NCBI RefSeq assembly: GCF_001194135.2
Contig: NC_068986.1
Coordinates: 46,671,752-46,732,810, forward strand
Direction: 5' to 3'
DNA length: 61,059 nucleotides
Origin: Octopus bimaculoides
Lineage: Eukaryota
A program made the translations under genes and the position numbers. Positions 27,730 to 41,343 of this stretch are shown piece by piece (position 1 is the first letter of the stretch; each line of letters starts with the position of its first letter). A model generated the notes under the pieces. That model saw only the letters and a list, made by a program, of their open reading frames with translations, was not told the DNA's origin and made no database searches.

Positions 27730-29029
27730 TGTATGTATTTTCCTGCAATTTATCATACACTAAATGGCAATGAAATGACGTATGCAAGTGCTAAAGGCTT
27801 ATTGACACGCTATTTCAGTCCACAAAACAATTTGATTTACGTTAGAAAGGTGTTCCGGTCCGTTTCATCCCAAGGTAAAGGGTGCGCTGTTAGATACATT
27901 ATACGACCAAAAACAAATGCAAAAAGTTGTGATTAGTATGCCAGTAACAGTGCAACAGTTGATTTATTCACTGAAATTACAAACCATACGACGAGAATAT
28001 AACTGTCACAGTCACCTTACGTCACACCTGAAAAGTTGATACAAATTCGTCAGATATATGATACAGGAAGGTTGTAAATTTTGTAAAGTGAGCACGGCTT
28101 ACAGTATGAAATTTACAATCAATTAACAGTAACAATTAAAATACCATTCATCTGTTTTAGAGAAAGCCTTTCTTTAAAACTGCCATTATCAACATTCATC
28201 CTACCATTGAGAATCACTCTAAGATAAACTGCACGTCATTTTTCAAACGCATACGGGTTAGGTTAACAGTTACTCAAACTCCTTAAAATGATAGCCAACT
28301 TTACGCGAAAATTTAAAACAAATTCTAGAAGCGTGTGTTTTCAAAAAGACAGAATACAAAGTATATCTAATTAATTCTAAAAGAGCAAAGTTATCACGGC
28401 TTGAACAGCTTTGATTAAAGGTTTTCTTGATCAGTGCCATTATTGGACTAAGTAAAAGCAACAGTTATATGGTTAAAGACAAGGTATTGGAGAAGAGACC
28501 AAAGTTTTGTGGGAAATACTGGGCATTGTATATTTTTTTCTCAGGAATGCAGTGAACATCAACAATCTTTGTAATTTTCAGAGAGAGGTTTCGTTTACTT
28601 CTTTTTCAAACTAATCCTCACAAGGTGATACGATTTTTATTGGTTTGTCTCCAGTCGTATTTTGATTTCTAAACTATACTAAGAATTGAAACTGGATCCG
28701 TTATACACCTACTTCATTTGCTATTCTAATTACTACGATGCTATCCGGGTATTAGTAGTATTATAATTTTGAGTTACTGAAATATGTGATACCATCAATA
28801 GCGATGAAGATCAAAGGTGAGGAAAATAAATAAAAGAGCATTTCTGCTTTAAGGAAAGGCAGATAAATACATGTCAGGTCCTCCAACTGGACATTGACCA
28901 GCAGCAAAGACATTTAAATAAACTATCAACAGAAGTATTTCTTCTAAAATAAACTGAATCAACGACGGAATCTCTATACCACCTCTTGGACTGCTAGAAA
29001 TAGTTAATAAAGACCCCTCACTTCTCAAA

Positions 29030-29300
29030 ATACTGTCATGAAATAATGGAACGCATCTCAAACACATCTCATCGCCTCCTTTCCGCCTCTCTCAGCCCCC
29101 ACGTCTATGCACCATATAACATTGTCGGCGCAATCACGCCCTCATACACACCCCTTTTCGCTTTCATACTCAAGCTTTTATCTCTCAGCATACCTTTCAC
29201 AACTCCAAGTAACTCCAACTTTCCTCCTCTCACACACTCTTCCAAACTCTGTCACCAGTCTCCTCAGTTGCTGTCCCGAATCCGCCACCAGTGCTGTATC
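29030..29300 (-). mobile_element. RTE-clade LINE fragment
   Basis: Minus strand ...GVYEGVIAPTMLYGA*TWGLREAERRR.DVFEMR. Confidence 0.85.
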
Positions 29301-29937
29301 ATCAACAAACAACAGAGTGAAAAATAATTACAAGATGGCCACTGTATGAATACCCTTGGTCATGATTTTGCTCGATAATGCTGAGCGTATGTTAAGCAAT
29401 AACAACAACAATTCATCTCGAAAATACGCAACAAATTATTTAGCGGTAACAAGCAGTTCCAAGGTCAATCGTTAGTCTAGCTCTGGAAAAGACATATCAG
29501 ACACTCAAACACACACACGCACACACACACACACACACACACATACACACACGCACACACATGCACACACACACACACACGCACACATACATACACACAC
29601 ACACACACACATAGACACACACACGCTCGCGTGAGCGCGTGTGTGTATGGTAGTAAGACGATTGAAGACAAACCTATTAGGATGTTATATTTCTATCTGT
29701 AACGAACATCAAAGCTGAGGAAAATAGACCGAAAGTTCTCAAACGAATAATCATATGATGCAACCTTTCACATAATATACAATCCAACACCGACCTTAAA
29801 CAAAAGGTCAGTGTTGTTCGTATCAATAAAAGTTTGTAACAATAGAAGCGTCTGCCTATGATGGCTGACACTTTCAATGATACGAACCAACGAAGTTTAT
29901 ATAAAAATATATTAACAATTATATATAACGAAGGATC

Positions 29938-30065
29938 ATTCCGCCGAGGTCGAGTATGTCTTTCATCCTTCGGGTTAGAAAAAATAAATATTATTTAAGC
30001 ACTGGGATTGATATAAGCGACAAGTCACCTTCCCCAATATTTCAGGCCTTGTGCCCATAGTAAGA
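29938..30065 (+). mobile_element. SINE family A, 5'-truncated
   Basis: TTCCGCCGAGGTCGA...TTTCATCCTTCGGG...TTTCAGGCCTTGTGCCCATAGTAAGAAGG. Confidence 0.8.
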
Positions 30066-30957
30066 AGGGTATATGATAAAGGAACCATTGCCTGACCGCT
30101 TGATTTGTTACAAATAGCAGCTAAGTCTCCCTCAAATCACACTCTAGAGCTTAAAAATTGTGAGAAACACATTGGCTAATATAGTTCTAGGTAAGAATCA
30201 CCCGAGTGAAGAGCAATTCTGATTATAGATATATTCTGTCGAAACTGACTTTAACTCAATTCGTACATGTTATTGATAAACGAAATATATTTACCCCACC
30301 CCACAAAACAACTTATAATTGATAAACCAAAAATAATCAAAATTAATTGACAGCAGCACTCCGTTATAAATGGCTGACGTTACACATATGAACGGTCAGC
30401 TATTCACCACAATTGTTTCGATTCCTAACTGTCTTTCATATTAAATTTGGATCACTAGCATGCACTCACATTACTGCACGAGACCATGGAGCGAAAATTA
30501 AATACATACTGCCTTACACACGCTTAGAAATGCACACACACGGACACTCACGCACACAAACACACATGCATATGTATATATATGTGTGTGTGTGTGTGTG
30601 TGTATGTGTGTGTCTGTGTGTGTGTGTGTGTGTGTGTATAACTTTTATACAGAAGGAAGATGAAAGAGAAGTAGAATAGATGTATAGATTTGTTGACATA
30701 TCGTCTTTGTATGATAATTCATATCGTTGCTTTTGCATATGTGCACACCAATATCAGTTGTTATATTTATGACAATCTGAGTTACTTTTGTTACTATATA
30801 TGCAAACCAATTTGACTTACTGTAAAAGACGATTTGACAGAAATATTTGGTTAGATGTTTCCTTGTGTCTTAATTTTCTATTTTGCACATGACTCTATGC
30901 TAAATGTACAAGTTTTTTCTTTGATGTGTCAGAAAAATTGAAATGGCTTTTAACGTA

Positions 30958-31007
<50 letters not shown>

Positions 31008-31042
31008 AAATATATGTGAGTATGTGTGTGTATATATGTATT

Positions 31043-31320
31043 AATAAATTATAGGGCAGCAACAAAAATTTTAGAAATTTTATTTACCACCAGTGGTCTA
31101 GCGAGAATAAAAATCAGTCAATAGGCTATATATTATTCATTTAAAATACAGAGATGCCTATAACAGGACATCTGACCCGCTAGAAAGAGCAGCAAAAGAC
31201 TACATACCACAAAAATAGGGATAATTTCGAAATTATCCTTATTTTTGTGGTATGTAGTCTTTTGTTGCTCTTTCTAGCGGGTCAGATGTCCTATTATAGG
31301 CATCTCTGTATTTTCAATGA

Positions 31321-31322
<2 letters not shown>
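31043..31322. repeat. Foldback fragment of the 466-nt hammerhead repeat family
   Basis: 94-bp arms (31135-31228 / 31229-31322, 4 mismatches) with no spacer, centred on TTCGAA; sequence matches 58558-58757. Confidence 0.92.
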
Positions 31323-31351
<29 letters not shown>

Positions 31352-31369
31352 CACCCTCCTAGACCTATT

Positions 31370-32850
31370 CCCCATTTTTTAGGAGGAGCTCACCACAAGA
31401 CACACATCAGGGGTTCCATTCATTTCCCAGCTCAAAGAGGCGAGCCATGTTCTATACTCAGGTCAAGGCGTAGAATGCAACGCCCGATATCAGCAGCGGG
31501 GCCCGACAGCATCCGCTAGTTTACCCCCGCCGCATCATGCAACATCAATTTCACTCATCCAGCCACAAACACTCTCCAAGATTTCCTATCATTTGTAAAC
31601 TACCTTGCCTCTCTCACTCCTACACCTCTAACCACTAAAGCTTTCCTCATTTCATCCATCCACACAAACCGAGGTCTGCCTCTGGTTCTGCTGCTTACCA
31701 CTTCTGCCTTCATCATCTTCCTTACCATCCGCTCCTCATCCATTCTCTTCAGTCGACCAAATCTCATCAACATTCGTCTTTTCTGAAACAACTGACTCTC
31801 CTGTAATTTCTCTATTTTTCCCACCATTTGGGCTCTCCTACTAAAGAATCTAGCATTTACCTCTCTCACCACATCATCCATATATAAATTAAACAGCCAA
31901 GGAGACATCACATAACCATGTCTTAACCCCATACTTACATCAAACCACTTACTTCGCCATCCACCCTAACGCACGCCCTACATTCTCTATAAAAATTTTA
32001 CAACACTCAACAATCTACCTTCTACTTCATGCAATCGCAACACATGTTACACTGCATCTATGTCTACACGGTCATATACCCTCTGTAGGTCTATAAAGGT
32101 CTAATACACCTCCCTCCTTTTTGCCCAAAACTTCTCACACATTGCCTTACAACAAATATTTGATCTGCACACCCACTTCCTCTCATAAAACCGCACTGTT
32201 CCTCCCCTAGTACACTCTCTGCCTGGTTCTTTACCCATACAGTTTACCAACCACACACAACAGACTTGTACCCCTAAAATTTCCAAACTCACACTTATCC
32301 CCATCCCCCTTGCACAGTGACACTATACAGGCACTGCACCAGTCCTTTGGTACTCTTCCAGCCATATTACAACCATTCACAAGTGCCACTAACCATTCAA
32401 TCACTGTTACTCCTCCTTTCTTTAAGCATTCTACTGTACACACATCTATATCTGGCACCCTCCGATTTGCAATCTTCCACAAGGATTCCTTCACCTTCTC
32501 CCTTCCAATTGCACCATAGTTCCATTCCCCAACAACAGGCATTCTTCTCTTTCCTCCCACAGCCACCATACTTGCCTCCCTAACATCCTCCACATTTAAC
32601 AGCTCACTAAAATACTCTGCCCATCTCCTTTGTGCACCCTCACTTCCTTTCAGCAAATTTCCATTTACATCTTTCATCCTTTCTTCCCTTCTACCAACCC
32701 TCCTTGTTACAGTCTGTACCTCTTTCCAAAACATCTTTTTATTTTTTACAAAATGTTCACTCAACTTTTTCCCGAACCTTTTACTCGCCTCTAATTTCGC
32801 CACCCTCACCACTCTCTTTAATCTCCGCTCCACATCTCTTTAGCGATCAT
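31370..32850 (-). mobile_element. RTE-clade LINE, 5'-truncated and internally deleted
   Basis: ORF 32231-32833 (KKMFWKEV...RRWAEYFSELLN...VPKDWCSACIVSLCKG...NFRGTSLLCVVGKLYG), then GLRHGYVMSPWLFNLYMDDVVRE...SQLF fused to the C-terminal RGRPRFVWMD and a 3' UTR. Confidence 0.93.
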
Positions 32851-34065
32851 AAGACTCTCCATCCCCTTTTCAGAAAAGTCTCCGGAGTCTCCGAAATGAA
32901 AAGGGAATGTCCGCCTCCGTTAGGATGAGGGGAATTTTTTTTTTACAACCATTCGTGTGCCATTACAGAATCGCTGTGGTTCCAGATTCCTAACCAGCAT
33001 TATCGGAGTTCCTTCCTTGAGTCCCGATGCATGTGTAGACGGTGAATTTATCTATATATATTTGATTTGTTCTATCTCTCAAAGGGAGATNNNNNNNNNN
33101 NNNNNNNNNNNNNNNNNNNNNNNNNNNNNNNNNNNNNNNNNNNNNNNNNNNNNNNNNNNNNNNNNNNNNNNNNNNNNNNNNNNNNNNNNNNNNNNNNNNN
33201 NNNNNNNNNNNNNNNNNNNNNNNNNNNNNNNNNNNNNNNNNNNNNNNNNNNNNNNNNNNNNNNNNNNNNNNNNNNNNNNNNNNNNNNNNNNNNNNNNNNN
33301 NNNNNNNNNNNNNNNNNNNNNNNNNNNNNNNNNNNNNNNNNNNNNNNNNNNNNNNNNNNNNNNNNNNNNNNNNNNNNNNNNNNNNNNNNNNNNNNNNNNN
33401 NNNNNNNNNNNNNNNNNNNNNNNNNNNNNNNNNNNNNNNNNNNNNNNNNNNNNNNNNNNNNNNNNNNNNNNNNNNNNNNNNNNNNNGTGTGTGTGTGTGT
33501 GTGTGTGTGCGTGTGTGCATCTACGCACACACACATATATATGTGTATATATAAAATGTTTTTTTTAAATTTTGAAAAGCCAAAAGAATAAAGAATGCAA
33601 ATTAAAAGAAAAAATATTGTGGTTTGTACATGTATATTTTATTTCGATGTTAAGATCCTTCCCTGGGCAAATTTTCGCATATTTTATATCGTCAATTGGC
33701 TTTTCTGCTTTGCAATGTGTCGATGTGTGTGTGTGGGTCTGAGTGTGTGTGGGTCTGTGTGTGTATCGGGGGGTGGGGGTAGAGGGCTGTTTTACCTGTG
33801 CTGGATGACATTGATATAACAGCCAACCGGCTGAGTGTTGCTCGATTCGCTTGTTAATGTGTGGTCTTACTGATGATGATAGCCTCTTTTGTTCTTATGT
33901 TCCTGTGTCTTATTCTATGTGTTATTGGGAGAACTGAGTGTTTTGAGTGTGACAAATGTTTTTCGGTGGAGGAAAAGCTCTTACCCTAGGCTCGGACTGG
34001 TAAGGACAGTAGAGATATATGTTAATGTATTTCTTTAGTTTTCACAAATAAATATTTCTTCTGAA

Positions 34066-35134
34066 AATCGATATTGATTAATTTATGTAATGTATTCTCT
34101 GTTTGAACTGTTAGCACTGCTTGAGTAAACCCATGAAACAATCAAAGGAATAGGTAAGTCGATAAAACGATGTGTTCAACTGACATTTTTGGCTGCTCAG
34201 CTTTTATTTAGTCTTCAACTTGATTCATATGATTCATGTTTTAAGGGTAACAAAAAGTTTGTATATAGATACGTGGTTGTTATATTGAGTATGTCCATTA
34301 ATGATATTGAAGCTTTTCTTTAGTTTCATTGGGTAAATATTTACAGTAGCAAAGTTTATTGTTGTTGTTGGCACTCCGTCACTTACGACGTCAAGGGTTC
34401 CAGTTGATCCAATCAACGGAACAGCCTGCTCGTGAAATTAACGTGCAAGTGGCTGAGCACTCCACAGACACGTGTACCCTTAACGTAGTTCTCGCGGATA
34501 TTCAGTGTGACACAATGTGACAAGGCAGACCCTTTGAATTACAAGCACAACAGAAACAGGAAGTAAGAGTGAGAGAAAGTTGTGGTGAAAGAGTACAGCA
34601 GGGTTCGCCACCATCCCCTGCCGGAGCCTCGTGGAGATTTAGGTGTTTTCGCTCAATAAACACTCACAACGCCCGGTCTGGGAATCGAAACCGCGATCCT
34701 ATGACCGCGAGTCCGCTGCCCTAACTACTGGGCCATTGCGCCTCCACAGCAAAGTTTATTAGTCACTACTATAAAAACTGGATATGATATTAGAAAAAGA
34801 GAAATTGTCCAGATAGAAAATGAACAAAATATTTAAAGTACATACTTAATACGATTATCATTTTTGTTTTAGAGTGCCAACTTTGTCAGTGGTGTGGCGA
34901 ATATATATATAACAACCACGTATACATATACAAACTCTTTGTTACCCTTAAAACATGAATCATATGAATCAAGTTCTAAACTTGAAGACTAAATAAAAGC
35001 TGAGTAGCTAGAAATGTCAGTCGAACACATCGTTTTATCAACTTATCTATTCCTTTGATTGTTTCATGGGTTTACTCAAGCAGTGCTAACAGTTCAAACA
35101 GAGAATACATTACATAAATGAATCAATATCGATT
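34066..35134. repeat. ~220-bp inverted repeat pair (foldback/MITE-like or inverted terminal repeats)
   Basis: 34066-34285 is the near-exact reverse complement of 34906-35134. Confidence 0.92.
34361..34747 (-). mobile_element. Young tRNA-derived SINE (family C) with 13-bp TSD
   Basis: A box TGGCCCAGTAGTTAGG, B box GGTTTCGATTCCC, (AAC)n tail; TSD AGCAAAGTTTATT at 34348-34360 and 34748-34760. Confidence 0.95.
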
Positions 35135-36449
35135 CATAGCTACTCCCACTTTTGAAATTGAGATTTTTAGTTAATATTATGTGCAGGAATAAGATATCTG
35201 GTGATAACTGGAGAGTGAACCGACAAAAAAGTAGTCATTATAAAAAAAATCTTTGCTATTAAATGAATTGACTAATCGGAATATTACGGTCGTATTATCA
35301 ATAACTCAGTTCAGATATTTATATGCTAAACATGTTTTACTATTTATCAAAGGTAGGCATAGGCTTTATTAAAAATATAACCAATTTAGTTTATGCAATA
35401 AAAAAGGTTGTAGCTGGGAAACAAACAACTGTCAGAGAGCATGTAATAGATAATACCGTAAATTAAAGGATGTCACAACGTTTAGCATCTAATTTGTTGC
35501 CAGGCCAGCGAATGAAATATATAAATGTAGGAATAAATTACTAATCTATAATAGATTGAAATGGTGAACGATTTAAACATAGCTGTAGACTTCAAGCAAT
35601 TAAGCTAATGAATTATATGTTGATAAGTCATTAGACCAATTAAGGTACAGAAACGTAGTGCATTAAGGAAGTAAAGCTAGGATGGAAAATAATAACGGTC
35701 AAGGCGAACCAAACAGCTCAGGGATTTGAGATCAGACATATGCATTATTGGAGTTCTATTTATTAAAAAATGAATATATAAAAAGGATTACAAAATAACA
35801 GTTTGTTGAAAGATACAAGCAATATTTCGATGGAAACCATGAATATGAGTACATAGTAGAGCAATTACTAAATTATAAAACGTCATAGATAAAATCAGAA
35901 ATGAATAAGAAAATCTAAAATATTAAGTGTAACGATTGGATCATGAATGTATATGTCTCTGGTTTGATAAGAGTAATATCAATAAAATGTTAGGTGGCAC
36001 TGGATGTATTTGTAGACAGCATAAAACAAACAAACCGCATTTACTAAGTACAGGAAACTCTCTTGAATTTAGTATTGGTTATGTAACTTGGAGAAACAAG
36101 CTGATACAGGATTGAGCTATATGAAGAAAGAAATGTCAAAATGACACATAATCTGTTTATTGATGACCCCAAATATACTAAAAATATTGCTTTTAGATGG
36201 AAGTAGCTAATAAAATTATTTTGCAAATTAATTATGTCATACGAGCATGATAGGTGTCAAGGAATTTACAGAGATTGCTATAAAAGAAGAAAATAGTGAA
36301 AACAGAAAAATTAGACATAGTCTTAGAAATAATAAAATTATTCAATTTTGAAAAAGGAATAAAAAGGTGAAAAGATCGACACAATATTCAAGTGTATTCG
36401 AAATCTTTGCTCAATCAATAACTAGCTAACAAAACTCTAAGTAAAAAAA

Positions 36450-37520
36450 AGCAAAAAACAAAATAAACAAAAACAAACAAAAAAACATGAACTGGCTTGG
36501 AATGTGATGAATGTGGTTCAGCTCAGAAATGTTCAGAGAAGAGGAATCACTAAAGAGATTCCTGAACGAGCTTTCTCAACTCTGTATGATAAGCAAATAA
36601 CAAGAAAAGCTGGAGACGGGTGGATATCAAAAATGTGATATATTTATATAAGGAAATAAAGGTTAGAGTTGCATGAATAGATAAATAATAGAAGAAAGAG
36701 TGAAGAGAAGGGACAAGAAGAAATTGTTCTATCTAGAGTGAATAAAAAGGATTCAGTGATGACCGTAAAACAAACCAGCTGGAGTTATATGAACTAATGC
36801 TTATCATAATAAAGATAAACTCATGAAAGTACAGTGTGTAATAGCTTTGGCAAAAGAATACTATGGATGGCTGAGCTGTAACAAACGCTCTAAGATGATT
36901 TGTTCTATTCTAACACTGGGAAACAAATAGCAATACAAGATTGTATTAGGAATTGAAAGGGGTGAAAATTAAATCAGACTTGCAGAAGCTATGCAAGGAA
37001 AACAGATAAACAATTCATTACCATCTGTCTCTATCAAAAAAACATTGTGAATATTTATCTCAAAAGCAAAAAAGTAATATGTTTTCTTTGCAATGGTTTT
37101 GTGTAAGTCGAGGAGTGTTGATTAAATAAATCTAGTGTAGCATGAAGTCAGATGAAATAAAGGGACAATTGTGAAAAACTAGAAAAAATAACTGTATTAA
37201 GATTTTGAATATCGCTTTCAAAAGGCATTCTCTAATTTTAGATAAAACTCACGTAAAGCACATGATAATTATTGAGATGGCCTGTCCTAGCGCCAAAAAA
37301 AAATAACCAAAAAGTAAACAAGACAATGTTAAAAGATGCCAACAACTAGCATTTGGTTGCGTAAGAAAAAAAATAGGAACTGTGTGAAGATTCCATAAAA
37401 AGAAAGAGAACAGTCTGACGGTTGTGTCAAAGAGTTAGTTGTGACTGGTTGCTGTGTCAGAGGAATAACTAAAGTTGACTGATATGAGAGCAAGGTATTA
37501 TTGAAGAAAATTCGCTGATA
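36450..37520 (+). mobile_element. Very old RLE-type LINE remnant
   Basis: A-rich strand with residual IIIEMACP and KRCQQLAF, resembling the RLE motifs IIDxACP and KYQxLAFE. Confidence 0.45.
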
Positions 37521-39236
37521 ATGTGCGTACACAAATCTTGTTTTTATCTGGTCCAAAGACTTGAAGGAACAGATATATGTTCAAATACGTTCTGGTAATA
37601 ATCGCCCCATCGTTTATTCAGCCATAGTATATCTATCATTTTTCCTTGGCAGAATTTGAAAGAAGTTTGACTACTATTATTATTATTAGCCGACCAAACG
37701 ATTACATAGCGACATTCCAGTTGTCTTGTACATGTGCAGATGCAGAATATTATGCTGTATCAAGTAAAATAATGTTGAAAATTCTGATAAAAATTATACC
37801 AATTCCTTTCAGACTCCACGAATTACAGTTCAGACTCTAGGTAAAAACAAGTATTCTCTCCTATCAGAGTCAGGGAAAGGATAATTCAAACCAACCAATC
37901 AGATATTAAGCTATTTATCGGCTAAATAGTTATGTAAAGAATGAAAATGGTATAATTTCCTCGAACATTTCATTTCTGTGTAGTTGGTTTTGTTGTTTAG
38001 TCATAAGTCAGATCCGGTTTAGCATATCTATGATCAAAATCATTCCAGTAGTGACCATACCGTCCTTTCTAGAGACAAAATATGTAGTAATGCATTATTC
38101 AATGTATTCTGCTTTTAAGACATTAGAGCTTGATTTGAAGGAAATTTAACTGCTATTTCTAGTAGATTGAGTGACCACATGGAGGTCATTTCGTTGGCAA
38201 GACGCTGTGAGCTCATTTTAAGTAACACTCATATAGGGATCGGAAATCATTACTGTAAGCAATCGTCAATTCGGCAACATACCTGCTATTTACATAAGTG
38301 AAGTGTAAGATCCTCGCTAAATATTCATTACTAAGTGTTCCCTATCATGTAAGGGCTGAATTGCAGGTGTTGTATTTGAGCCCCAATTCAGCACTGATTA
38401 AGCATATCTATGGCAAATGTGTTCCGCTCATGGACATCTTGTTTCATCTTCAATTTATTCAGGATTGTATTATCCTAACTTTTCTTTTTAGATGCTAGTA
38501 TGTAGTTTGAAAGGTGTTTCTGAGCAAAATACTTTATTCTCAGTTGACTGAGTTTTATCGTTGATAGTAAAAGTAAATTCAGGGACCAAAACATAGCAAG
38601 TTTAATTGCAAATATTATGGGGAGAGTTGCTTTACAAATAATAAAATATTTTAAAAAATATACTCTTGGTTAGTTATTTGAAACATGCAACTTGAGTTTC
38701 AATGATAAGGTGACGAAAACTGAAATATGTAAATAAATAGCAAATATATTTGATGAGAATCTGGTTGATATGTTTATTTAATCGAATGACCACGTAAAGG
38801 CTCCTTTGCAAATTTGTTACAATAAGAACAGACGTAGCATAAGACCCTCTTCGTACGAATATATGAACTCTACAACCGGCAATCTTTCACGGCATTAACT
38901 TGGCCACTGCAGTTTTTCTAAATATCAATTAATTATATCAGTAAAAATAGATAAATATCTCAATAGCTATTGATCATATCATTGAGTAATTTATTTGGAG
39001 AAAAAGTTCAAAAGGAAATAGTGATAATTAATTTTATAATTGATTTTTTATTACTTTTGCCATTTATATATTTATCAATATCTTTGTAGCCTCAATTGCA
39101 ACAAATAAAAAATTGTTATTCAAACAAATTTTACCAAATCTGAATGGCTACATATAGTGTGTAATTTTCTTTCGTTCTCGCCTTGAAATTGATCTTATAT
39201 TGTGAGTTTATTCTTTATTATAACACTTTCCTACAT

Positions 39237-39452
39237 GAAGTCGGCGAACTAGCTGAATTGTTAGTACGACTAGCACAATGTTAGCGGCATTTCGTCCATC
39301 TTTATGCTCTGAGTTTATATTCCGCTGAGGTTGACTTTGCCTGTCATCCCTTCGGAGTCAATAAAATAAGTACCGGTTGATTACTGGGAGCCGATGTAAT
39401 CAACTTACCCCATCTCCCTAAATTGCTAGCCATGTGCCAAAATTTGAGACCA
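39237..39452 (+). mobile_element. SINE family A
   Basis: GGCGAACTAGCTGAATTGTTAG...GAGGTTGACTTTGCCTGTCATCCCTTCGGAGTC. Confidence 0.85.
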
Positions 39453-40374
39453 ATATTTTCCTAAATTGCATATATTGAATTATATATAATATTCCATTTC
39501 GTGCAACATTTGGATATATGTTTTTCTAAATTTCGATTTTCCATGGCAAGTATAATATAAGAATCATATTAGATTAAGTAGGAAACTTTCGTGACGAAAC
39601 ATTACATTTTGAAACTGCTATCTAGTTTATATTGTTATAACTTAGCAAGAAATTACTGTAACAATTAAATCATGATAATGGTTTCCTGTTGCAATCTTCC
39701 CACAAATCAGTATTAATGAATCGGATTTATGATCAACAGCATTTCAACAGTACCGTCCCATCCTATCATCAAATAGTTATTCACTTTTAAGATGGTAAGG
39801 TGTGATATGATGGAGATAGATTTGGCTATTTCTATCAAGTCTAGAGACCACGTAGTTCACCCTACTTTTGTTTCAAGTACATTTGTTTCAATATTTAACT
39901 AAAATAATGCCATCGAAACTTTAGCTTCAATTTTAATAATATTCCTCTGAACTTCCATGAATTTTTCCCCTTCCAATTGGCTTTCACGAGCCCAGACTTT
40001 TTCTGCTGAAAAGTACATTCAAACTTATTTCAGAAATATGGTTATTGTGTTCCTATAATTAATATTACCCACCTGCTTATTGGCTCATCGAATTCATTCT
40101 TTTTATTTTTTTCGTTTTTCATCGAGAACCGCATACAATTATTCTCATGTAGTTTGTACAGTGACAATTCGGATTTGACAGCAGTTTCGAAATTAAGGCA
40201 ACCTGTCTCATTTAATTAAGTCTCTTGTGCCAAAACGAAAACCTCATTTTTTATGTCTATTTGAAGCCAATTTTCTTTCCGTTGTAGCACATCGGTTTTA
40301 TGTAATGTGTGTGTGTGTGTGAGTGCGCATGAAGTGTATGTATACATATATATATATATATATGTTGACCACGA

Positions 40375-40630
40375 CAAGATCTGAACTCAGAAGGTTAAGA
40401 GTCGGAACAAATATCAAAAACTATTTTATCCGCTAATCTACTGCCCGAGATAAAAAACAAATAATTCTTTCTACAAGGTCTGAAATTTCGCTATTTACCT
40501 TATCAAGCTCGAAAGTCATGAAAGGCAAAGTCGACCACAGTAGAATTTGAACACAAGATGCTTAGTCGGAAGAAATATTGCTAAGTATTTTTCCCGGTGC
40601 TGTAACGATTCTGCCAGGTCACCGCCTCAT
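40375..40630 (-). mobile_element. SINE family A, two partial copies
   Basis: Reverse-complement heads at ~40375-40450 and ~40470-40630. Confidence 0.72.
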
Positions 40631-41270
40631 ACAGTCAACTAACACAAACTTGTATATCAACTTTGTTCAAGAAAACACGTTCTGGTAATTGAATTTAGTT
40701 TAGGAATGAAACATTTTACCAAAATCTGTCTCTCCATAATACAAAATAAAAGATCAATAAAATGTAGATTTTGATCTTTTAGTTTACTTTCAAATATAAT
40801 TAATTCCCTTTTACGAAAATAGTTTTCAGCACCTGAAGATGCTGAATAAATTAGGTGAAATTGAATTTTATTGTTAAAGCATTTCGTTCAAATACTAACA
40901 ATGCAGAAAATCTTTTTAAATCTCAGTCCTAATTGCATAGACTTGACCCGAATGTTGGCTACACAATTAACTGCAATGTCTGCTCTGGTAAAAAGATTTC
41001 TTTTGTTACATATACCTTAGAACTGTAGATAACAAATCAAATAACAACAAAAACAATTTATCGGTAACAAAAAAATGAGTAATGCCTGTAATCCTTAGAT
41101 TAATCAATAGGTTGGTCAATATTTGAGGAATTAATGTACTGATCGATCTTTAGTAGCACTATTGTAACATTTACGTTAGACCTCCTGTGTCCGGAAATGA
41201 TTATTTTATCTGGGCTTCCTCTGCTCACAAGACATTCATGTCTTTATTAATGTTTCTCTATACGCACAAA

Positions 41271-41343
<73 letters not shown>

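Noticed and set aside
40826-40880. CTGAAGA..GAAA hammerhead-like string
   Set aside because: Stems I-III are too degenerate to distinguish from chance without a family consensus.
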